A stretch of DNA of 63,966 nucleotides, counting the filler, from Circinaria calcarea (Eukaryota): NCBI GenBank assembly GCA_051942165.1. It is 3 parts of 3 records of this genome, joined end to end, with 100 filler letters (N's around TTAATTAATTAA, not from the genome) between each part and the next. Parts side by side here need not be neighbours in the genome. Positions count along the whole stretch, not along the records: positions 45,084 to 63,966 come from JAVECS010000221.1; 2 more parts are not named here. One strand, 5' to 3'. Shown here in pieces: positions 55,051-63,966 of the stretch. The position numbers and the translations under genes were made by a program. Positions within the stretch are counted from its first letter, which is position 1. Each line of letters opens with the position of its first letter. Below the pieces are notes generated by a model. It saw only the letters and a program-made list of their open reading frames with translations. It made no database searches and was not told the DNA's origin.

Positions 55051-57829
55051 ATGGTATCTCGAAAGCGTGGGAGGGCCGAGATGGAGTCATCTGAGCCGAC
55101 ACCAGAGCCTAGCTTGCTATCGCGACTCAGAAGTACATGGGAATTTGCGAATCTCATGCAGTACATATTCATTTTTGGGAGAGCTGTCAAGATCGACGAG
55201 GAATTTGACATCGAGGTACGCCCCTTTACCTATCCTATTGATTATCTTCGCCCAAATCTACTACACGTATGATGGTCGCTCATATGCTGTCGGCCAGGAC
55301 TTGGAAGCCGAATGCCTAAAGCCTGGGCCTTCGGACAAGTTATCCGAGATAGGGCTTGCCCTCCTCAAATTCGTCTCCTCGCATCGAGGACTCACGTGAG
55401 TAACATGTCGGTACCGAGTTCTGCACTACAGCTAACGTTTTCATAGTCCAGAGTTATTCGATGAATACACCCGTAGACAATACGTCGCCAAGGCACCATC
55501 CCGCAACCCCTTTGGTACGGAAGAAATGCCAGAAAAGTTTGCCAACTTTGACGTCTTCACCAAACTCCGCGTTCTTTTTCAGCTATCACAGTGGACTTTG
55601 ATCAATGCAGACCGCATAAGGGAAAGGATGCCGGAGACAAAGGATACCGAGCAAACACAATGGGTACGTCATCTCCAGGTACATCATGAAGGCGAGGCTG
55701 ATGTGAAGTTGCCTTACAGCGGATTGAGGAGATTGGATACGACAGAGATGAGCGCCTTTACTTTGTCCTGGATGACAACAGGTTATATCGCCGAACAGAT
55801 CCAGCAATACCTCCGCCACCCGCGTCCAAGCCAAAGGCCAATTCGAAGAAAGGTAAAGCTGCCGCCCGAGCGAGTAAAAGGAGGAAGGTCATCGATACGG
55901 ATGAATCTACCAATGGAGTAGAGGACATGCCCGACGGGGAAGGAAATAACCGCGAAGATCCCAAGGCAGCGGAAGACGATGGTCTTGGTGGTCGGAAATG
56001 GGAGTGTATTGCCGTCTCTCTCAACGAGTACCAGGACTTTATCGAGAGTATCAGGCAGAGTAAGGATGCGGACGAGAAGTACCTGTGCAACGTACTTGTG
56101 AAAGAGGTTCTACCCGTGATTGAGAAGGCGGCAGAGAATCAACAAAAGAAGATTGCGAAACGAGAAAGAGAGCTTAAGAATTTGGAAAAGCTAGCGACAG
56201 CGAAGAGATCGAGCAGGATTGCTAGCAAACAAGACAGAGAACGAGAGGAGCAGGCAGCGGCAGAAGCAGAGCGGAAGAAGCAAGCTGATCTAATTGCAGC
56301 AAAGAAAGATCGAGAAAAGCAGAAACAAATGGAGGATGCCCGAGAGTCAAGAATGATGACGCGTGAGCAAAGGCTGAAAGAAAGAGAATACAAGCGTCTA
56401 CTTCATGAGGAGGAACTCGCCAATCTCTCTGAAGATAGCAAGAAGCTCGAGACAGGAGAAGCTAGAATGTCCGAGAGGCATTTGAAGGCTGAAATGGAAA
56501 AGAAGAGATTGGAATTGGAAAGACTGGCTCAAGAGGATCAGTGGATATTTGATTGTTCGAAATGTGGAGTTCACGGAGAAAACTTGGTATTTGGTCCCTC
56601 GAGAACAGCGGTTGTATATACCTAGGTGCTAACTTCTTCAGGACGATGGTTCGCACAGCGTTGCTTGTGAAAAGTGTAGCGTTTGGCAGCATAGCGCCTG
56701 CCTTGGATTCTCACAGGCTGATGCTGAAAAGGAAGACTTTCACTTCATTTGCGATGACTGCAAACGTAGGGAAGAAGATTCGAAGAAGCCCAAAATTCCA
56801 TCCCTAAAGTTTCGATTAGGTGCTTCATCTTCTCCGCCGTCAAATAAGACCGCTTTAACAAATGGTATTGCTGCAGATGGTGGCTCGAGAAAGAGAAAGT
56901 CCATCGACCATGGGGACGAGATCGGCCGCTTGCCTCCAATCAAAAAATTCAGACATGTCGCGCTTCCCCGATCGAATAATGCTACAAATCCTGATCACGG
57001 ACCCAATGCCAATCAGTTAACTGATATGCATAAATCAATCATGAACGGGCCAACTTTATCCCCACATGGGCAGCATCCTCCACATACCAATACTGGCAAT
57101 GGTCAATCTCCGCCCGGTCTCGCCTGGCCTCCTCGACCTCCTGCATATACCAATGGACATAAGACCCATACTACCATGTTTGATAGACATGTCGCACAAC
57201 CTCATCATACTTTTCGCGCCGACGGCTCAGACAGTGCTCAAGACCACATCACTCGCGATGCATCGAGTACTGCACCGCGAACTAGTGAACATGGCTCTGG
57301 TTTTTCCAACCTACCATCCCAAGATCCATTCCTCAACTCCTTTGATCGTCAACGCCCTTCTTCGTCTCACTCTACCCATAATCTTCCATCGCCAATGAAG
57401 AATCGCCCGTCAATGTCTCCAACGCAAGGCAATCCTGACGTTGGTGCTCTGGCTTTCCCCAGAGGCACATTTGCCAATGGCCATCTTCCTACTTCTCGAC
57501 CCTCGGCCACGCATCCGTCCGCATATAATCCGCCTACCAAGCAGTTGAACTCGTCCCCACCGGCCCCATCTACCCTTCTCCCCTCGTCTAGTCCCATCAT
57601 GCCACCTCCCACTCAACAACACCGAGCATCCCTTTCAGGCCTTTCGCCATCAAAACATAGTCCGCCGAGGCCGGTATCGAGTCATAGCATGTCAGGCACA
57701 CCAATCATGCCACCAGTCACGAACTTGGAACCTAGTCCGCAGACTTTGAATTTGAGTGCTCCGATGAAGGGAATTGCACCGGAGCAGATAAAGACTGCGG
57801 GGCAGGTTAATGGGCATGATGGGTTTTGA
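55051..57829 (+). CDS. chromatin protein with DDT/WHIM-like N-terminus, coiled coil and PHD finger (RSF1/Ioc3-like), multi-exon
   Basis: LRSTWEFANLMQYIFIFG, RIEEIGYDRDERLYFVLDDNRLYRR, KWECIAVSL, KRSSRI, PHD CSKC...ACEKCSVWQHSAC...FICDDC. Confidence 0.82.
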
Positions 57830-60210
57830 GGAGGTTGATTGAGGAAGGGGGTTCTTTGGGAGTGGGCGAATCTTTTTGGTCTGGGGTTTACTTGGAATTA
57901 GTGGGCTCTTTGGATGGTGAGGTGGGATTAGGGCTTTTTCTGGATGGTTTATGGTGATGAAGTGATATGACAACGTCATGTCACGACGGGGGGATGATGC
58001 TCTCTCTGTTATTTAGACTACACTCTCGGGATTTGAAACATTCGTCTCGTTTTACAACTCGCCGAGGTGAAGGGATGGATGGATGGAATGGGACGAGGAG
58101 TATGGCATTAGATCCAAGGCGAGCTGGTTAGTCTCCAGCGAAAGGGAATGGGGAAGGGGAAAGGGGGATCCAAGACCACTACTTTTTACCCTTTTTACCG
58201 TCTTTGCAGTGATGCGTGCATGATACCTAACGCATGATACCTGGCACATGAGTGAGGGCATAACACATGAGGCATACATAAATGCCAGAGATACAAGGAA
58301 CAAGGAACGAATTGGGGTTAGTAAGTAGTGAGTAGTGAATAGGGAGTAGGAAGTAGGAAGTGGGGGTAGTTGTAAACCAAAACTAAAACTAAAAACCAAA
58401 AAAAACCGCGGGGGAAAACCAACATTTACGTCTACACGTCCATTTGGAAATGGGGGGCAATGTAGCTAGATCGTTCGAAAGTGAAAGTCCAGACTTGGAA
58501 GTGCCCACAAAGCTTATTTCGATAACATCAAAACGCACTTACTTCCTGAGGCGGGGGGGAAGCTGGGCCGGATATGGAACAGGGACAGAGGATATCATTC
58601 GAGGGGTGGAAGGGAGAACACCTCAGGGTATTAGGAGAGAGAGGTCTTATGTTTTTGTTTTTATTTTTTTAGATGTTTCTGGTATGGTGGTGTGCCATTT
58701 GCCTTGGGATTAAAGCTGGTTGAGAGTTTGAGTTGGTTTTCCCTCCCGGAGCGAGGTGATATATAGACAAGGGTTCTGGGGATGGGAGGTTATCGATAAT
58801 ATTATAAAGGCGATGTTAGAGTGCATTTTTGTAATTGTACGGGTATCATAAGGAGGGAATGTGCTAGTTTGGGCAGGGGTTTTTCCAAGTCCCTCCTACG
58901 AATTGATTATACCTGTTAACGATCAAGCCTTCTTGTCGTATTTGTTAGAGCTTGTTGTTATCAAGAGAGTGTTGAATCACCTGGCTATGTGTTATCACTT
59001 ACATTCACTTGGTTATTCCTTTAACAGTTCGTCGTCGTTGAGGGACGGGGACAAAATTACCGAAATCAATTCATAGCTCATATGACTTACTAGGACGTTT
59101 CGACTCTAGATCCTCGGCCGAAAATTGCAAGTAGAACCTTTCCCTCAAGAGGATTGTCGTAGGAATCTATATGAGAATGTGGACATGCTACAGATTACTA
59201 GGCCACTCCAAAGACGGACCCCATCTTAACCCTTTTGGACCGCCATGATCTTCTCCGCATCCTGCACGAAATTACCGCAGCAATAGCCACGCAAGCGAGA
59301 ACCTTTTACCTCACACGTTCCATTGAGGGGTAGCCTACCCAAATCAAGGACCGTTCGTGCCGAGTGGGATAAAAGGGATTGAATTTGTGGCTGATGGCGC
59401 GTGCATAAATGATCTGCATTCCCCCGACCGAATCGGGTACTTTGACATGCAGATCCTGAGGCTGGTGGGAGGATTGAGGCGGTGCAATGAGAGAGAAGAT
59501 CGCCGTGTCCAAGGCCGCCGATATGCACCCGAAATAACTCCTCGATCGCGATAGATACAGTAGGTGAGCCGATCCTTTGAGGCCTCCAAAACCTTGGACT
59601 CCTTGACCGTCCGGTCCCGTTAGAAATGCAGAAGACGACATCAGTTACAGCAATGGCATCAAGTTGGTACCAAGTAGATACATAGTAGTTGACTCCATCC
59701 CTCAATCGAGCGTCCCGACCCAAGTTTCTCTCCTGCTCAACGCTTAAGATGTGATGCTCCAAAAACGTCATCCAGGCCCAAGATCAACGGCGTCGTCCCC
59801 GGCGGCAGAGTGCAACCAAAGCTAAACAGGCTTTCGGGCAAGATGGCGGATTTCATTGGCAGGGGTCACTCATTGCAACCGGTTTTCAGTGGCCGCGCGG
59901 GGAGAGGGAAAATTGTGTGTCTGCAAGGATTGCCGGCCCTGCTTTTTCTTCGCTAACGATGATGTGAGGCATGCGGAGACCGATGATGGCATAGCTGTGG
60001 CTTGCCGCCCTCACTCCCATTTTCCATAAACTACCGCCCATTTCCAGATTCACCATTCACTTCGACACCCCATCCATCCCCCACTGTCCGATCAGATCCC
60101 ATTTGCTAATTCATCAAAACCGTACTCCGTATCCTCCTACACGCCACTCCCCGGATTGACTCCACCACACCCGGTGCAGACTTATTCTCAGTGCCTGCGG
60201 GCCTCTCAAC

Positions 60211-61554
60211 ATGCATCGTCAAACTCTCCTCGCTGCCGTCCTAGCCCTTTCCCGCGCTTCAGGTGTATTAGGGCAAGCAGCCAGCAGCACCGTAAATCCT
60301 CTCAATGCATTCATCGGAGCTGCTGGCTCGGCGGTGTCAGCCGTCAACTCAGCGAAAGCACAAGAGACTGGCTCGTCTACATCCTCAACGCCCACCTCTA
60401 CGTCAGCAGCGGCCTCTTCATCCACCGCAGCTGCAGCACCTGGGTTGAGCAACCGAACGAAACTGAACATCATCATCCCCTGCGTTGTCGTCGGTGTTCT
60501 TCTCCTCCTAGGACTTGCAACGTGCATATATTGCTGTCTCCGGAGGCGTCGTCGTCGCGGTCATACATCGACTCCCATACCCGATGAAGAAGTTAGCAAC
60601 TGGCGTCGACCAAGTAACCCAGGACGCACATATTCCCCCGTTCGGGATCAGACGCAGGCACCAAGCATGTCACAACAGCCTACAGTCCCACTGATGGCCG
60701 CAGTGGGAGGCCGTCCGTCGACACAAGACCATCCAGCATATCGTGAAGAAAATCCTTTCGTACCAGTCCCTCCGCTTCCACGCAAATCGGCACCAAATTC
60801 TCGTCCAGGATTGACTGATGGGACTATTGCAGGCGCCGACCCTTATGTTGGTGCACCTCGCAGTCCTGGCGGTAGATTACGGAAATCCAGTTCGCGATCT
60901 CGCAGTAGCTCGGAAACCGGTCTCAACAATAGCTACAACGGGAACGGGTATCGTGATGATCGAACATCTCTACCATCGTACAACGACCGGAACCGCCCAT
61001 CAACACCTTTTGGACTAAGCGGTGCTGCTGAACCATACGGTGGTCAAAGTCCAGATCATCGATACAATGTCATTGGTCAGCCATACTCGGACATGCACGT
61101 GCACCATCTCGTGAACGACAAGCCATCTCACGCTCTACATGAAGCTCCTTATGTCGCTCCAGATACAGTCCATGCGCGCTATTCAACTCCACCGATGGTC
61201 CCAAGTCGAAGTCCTCATCGCCGTAATTATATCCCTGACTCGACTTACAACTCCTCATCAACACCGAGCGATCTCACCAGCGACACTAGCGGTAGCGGTA
61301 GTGGAGAGTCGTGGCGTACTTCTCAAATGGCTCCCTCGTCGCAGCTACCGAGTGCTCCATGGAGCGACAGGGAAGCTCGGTGGAGTGGAAGTAACAGGGA
61401 GAGGAGTTACTCGAAAAGTCCAAGACAGAGCATGTCCAACACACCAAGACCAAGTTTGAACGGGCAACAGAAGAGACTGCGATTCAGTGATTTCGAGCAT
61501 CCTGACGTCGATGAGAATCACAGATATAGTCAGGGGGTGGGGCAAGCTATGTAA
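60211..61554 (+). CDS. type I single-pass membrane protein (signal peptide, Ser/Thr/Ala-rich ectodomain, long disordered tail; Mid2/Skg6-like architecture)
   Basis: 447-aa ORF; hydrophobic N-terminus MHRQTLLAAVLALSRA, TM IIIPCVVVGVLLLLGLATCIYCCL followed by RRRRRR; NPF and PVPPLPRK motifs in the tail. Confidence 0.82.
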   Translation: MHRQTLLAAVLALSRASGVLGQAASSTVNPLNAFIGAAGSAVSAVNSAKAQETGSSTSSTPTSTSAAASSSTAAAAPGLSNRTKLNIIIPCVVVGVLLLLGLATCIYCCLRRRRRRGHTSTPIPDEEVSNWRRPSNPGRTYSPVRDQTQAPSMSQQPTVPLMAAVGGRPSTQDHPAYREENPFVPVPPLPRKSAPNSRPGLTDGTIAGADPYVGAPRSPGGRLRKSSSRSRSSSETGLNNSYNGNGYRDDRTSLPSYNDRNRPSTPFGLSGAAEPYGGQSPDHRYNVIGQPYSDMHVHHLVNDKPSHALHEAPYVAPDTVHARYSTPPMVPSRSPHRRNYIPDSTYNSSSTPSDLTSDTSGSGSGESWRTSQMAPSSQLPSAPWSDREARWSGSNRERSYSKSPRQSMSNTPRPSLNGQQKRLRFSDFEHPDVDENHRYSQGVGQAM

Positions 61555-63692
61555 TCGCGAGTGGGCAATTGGTCAGGAATGTAACGAAGCCACGATGTGC
61601 TTATGCTGTACTTGAAAGCGGGAGTTTTGCCAGAGGGGCATTTGCATTAGTTAGATTACTGAAATCAAGTTCAGGTCTGTAAATGTATGAATTGACAATG
61701 TACCTACAATCAGGAAACCCATGGTTTTCGTACCTAATTAGCTATCCTCATCTCTCCTGTCAACATCATCATGAAAGTCAGTTCTCCTTACACACATGTG
61801 ACTACATATGTACAAAGTACAATCCTACATTTCATCCCAACTGTTCAATCAGGCTAGAGCTTGTTGTACCTCGGACCCCCTTTTTTTTCTTTCCCCCCCC
61901 CCCCACCAAAAATAGACACGAGTCTCGTCCCGGAAAATCTAAAGCGTTTTGTGGTGAGGAGGAGGAGGAGGAGGAAGGAGATACGGAAATTTACATGCCT
62001 TTTGACGACGTTCTCCTTTTGCTCGATCAATGGGGTACCTAGGCCGAGGGGGAAACAACCTTAGGTTTTGCCCCAACCGTCATTATATCTTCACCTCCAA
62101 AATCGGAACTCTGACTTCCACGGAGAAATCGTCGGCGGTATCCCTTGGTCTATTTTTGTTTCCAGCTGACGAAAGAGCGTCCAAAGGGAATCCTGCGGTG
62201 GGAGCCCAGCCGACGGCGTTTCATGGTGGAGGTGGACATGACGGTAGTGCAAGCCGTAATCGTACCCTCTCGAGCAGCTCGACCTCCCCTTTTTCCTTTA
62301 TAACAAAGGTCGTTGTAAATTCCTAAGGACCCATTTCCTGAGGCAAGCGGAGTCGGCATGGAGCTGAGAGCAGTGGTAGTAGTGAAAATGGGTCGAGAAT
62401 TTCTTTTTCAAGAATCGATAGTGAGGACTCTCCGTTCCTCCTAGCTGAGGAGCACGTAAAGCATCCCTGTATTGGGTCCCGAGAGTTTTATTTAAAGAAC
62501 GACTGCAGAGAGTAAGGGCCAGCTGCAGAATTAAGAGAATAAAATATTAGCTATTTATTATATTAGTTTGCGAGGAAGTTTTGGAAGCTCGAAGCGTGAT
62601 ACTCTAGGCTCTCGTGCCAGATGCTTGGGGAGAAACTTCCACGGTAAAAAAAAGATCGGTGAGAAATCCATCTTGCAGAGAGTGAGGGCGTGTGTTCAGC
62701 CTCGACGGGTACTCGTTTGACATAAGGTCGAAATGTGGTCCTGATGCCGTTTCCCCACTACCATAACCCCTAGCCAAAGAAAGGTACCACGGTACCTCTC
62801 AACAACCTACTCATCGTCGTCGCAGCCTCTCCCAAATTCAGACATGAAGAACCACTGACCTCATTCCATCATCCATCATCCATCCCCAAGCCTATAATTG
62901 CAAAAACCCCTAGTTTGCCTAATTTAGAGCAAGCAAATAAACGCACGAAAACTCCGCCCCCCCAAAAACATACATTGCCTGGAAAAATTTTTTTTTTGAT
63001 TGAAAAACATAGAACGTATTTCCCCCATAAAAGCAACCGACCTCAAAACAAAACGGACCAGTCAAGTCAAAACATCGGTAGATTTCCCGCTGTACCATAT
63101 TCCATAGTCCGTACTCCATATCCCATTCGAAATAGATACCCTCTGCTCATTTGCTCAACTTTTCCACTCCACCACCTTCCTTTCCCGCACACTCAAAAAC
63201 CCCGGAGTCCGGTTGAGAACTCCACTTTCGTTCAGCCCTGCTAGTGCTAGAAAACAAAAGCAATAAGCCCGTGGTTGGGTAATACAGGTTAGTTTTCGCA
63301 TCTGACTCTCTCTCTCTCTTCTTTCTTTGGTGTGAAATGGTTTGTAGAACGGCCTCGGAGGTATAGTAGATATACAGAGAGAGAGAAATGTCTTCGAGGT
63401 ACTATTTCGTGGGTATACATACATGGATGAGTGTCCTATTTTGCAGCCGAAGAGGAGATTGTAAGCGGTTTGCGTCAAAGGTAAAGGACTCGGGTGGAAA
63501 GAAGATGGGAGATGAAAATTATCGTTGGGGGTAAGGTAGCTGCGGAAGAATATGTACAGGACAGCCTTATCGGAACTATCTCACAAATGCACCCAACATC
63601 AGCCATCACAACGCGGTGAAGAAACACCAAAAGATGGCTGGCTTCTTCCCCACATTATGCAGCCGTCTATGCTGAAACAGTCCCCCGTCAAT

Positions 63693-63966
63693 CTAATCGA
63701 AACTATACCTCAACCACTCGCCCACCGCCCTCAGACTCTCCCACCGGACCTGCTCGTCCGCATCCGCCATCAATGCCATGACCCGCTCCTTGATGCCCAA
63801 TTTCTCCAACAGCCCTCGCTTGTCCGGAGATGCCTTGACCAGCCATCCGACATCGTTGCATGCAATAGCTAGTACTTGCTTGTCGTTTTCCCAGCTCTTG
63901 CCGAGGATCTCTGCGAGCTTCTTGGGGAGCTCGGACCTGTTCTCCGTTATGATCTTGGAGGCATTC
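63693..63966 (-). CDS. VMA13: V-type ATPase V1 subunit H, 3' end only (not in ORF track)
   Basis: Minus strand reads NASKIITENRSELPKKLAEILGKSWENDKQVLAIACNDVGWLVK...LEKLGIKERVMALMADADEQVRWESLRAVGEWLRYSFD-stop. Confidence 0.92.
   Translation of the reverse strand, partial: NASKIITENRSELPKKLAEILGKSWENDKQVLAIACNDVGWLVKASPDKRGLLEKLGIKERVMALMADADEQVRWESLRAVGEWLRYSFD

Noticed and set aside
59226..59771. Overlapping ORFs of 65-181 aa
   Set aside because: No recognisable domain and mostly non-ATG starts; probably upstream region of the 60211 gene
63552..63872. Plus-strand 106-aa ORF, and similar antisense ORFs over the PKS, TAF13, GPATCH1 and KIN1
   Set aside because: Shadow ORFs opposite real genes (here VMA13)

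Overview
Intron-rich filamentous ascomycete (Pezizomycotina) DNA, made of three contigs joined by two artificial 100-nt spacers (N44-TTAATTAATTAA-N44 at 22578-22677 and 44984-45083). Contig 1 holds TAF13, two F-box-like orphan genes and a compact secondary-metabolite cluster. The cluster contains an intact highly reducing PKS (KS-AT-DH-pseudoMT-ER-KR-ACP), an SDR, a Pth11-like membrane protein and a DHA2 MFS exporter, followed by a Cys-patterned protein cut by the gap. Contig 2 starts with degraded transposon remnants (Tc1/mariner, possibly also an LTR end). These are followed by an accessory-looking trio (APC amino-acid permease, fungal CorA-like protein, atypical Ser/Thr kinase) and then housekeeping genes (PRP4 kinase, TMA7, a conserved hypothetical gene, TFIIB). 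Contig 3 is mostly housekeeping: GPATCH1-like, KIN1, RCD1/CAF40, an RSF1-like PHD protein, a single-pass membrane protein and the 3' end of VMA13. The best candidates for undescribed biology are the permease/CorA-like/kinase cassette and the minimal HR-PKS cluster with no visible release enzyme. All calls are by eye from motifs and splice signals; no searches were run, so exon boundaries and family names need confirmation.
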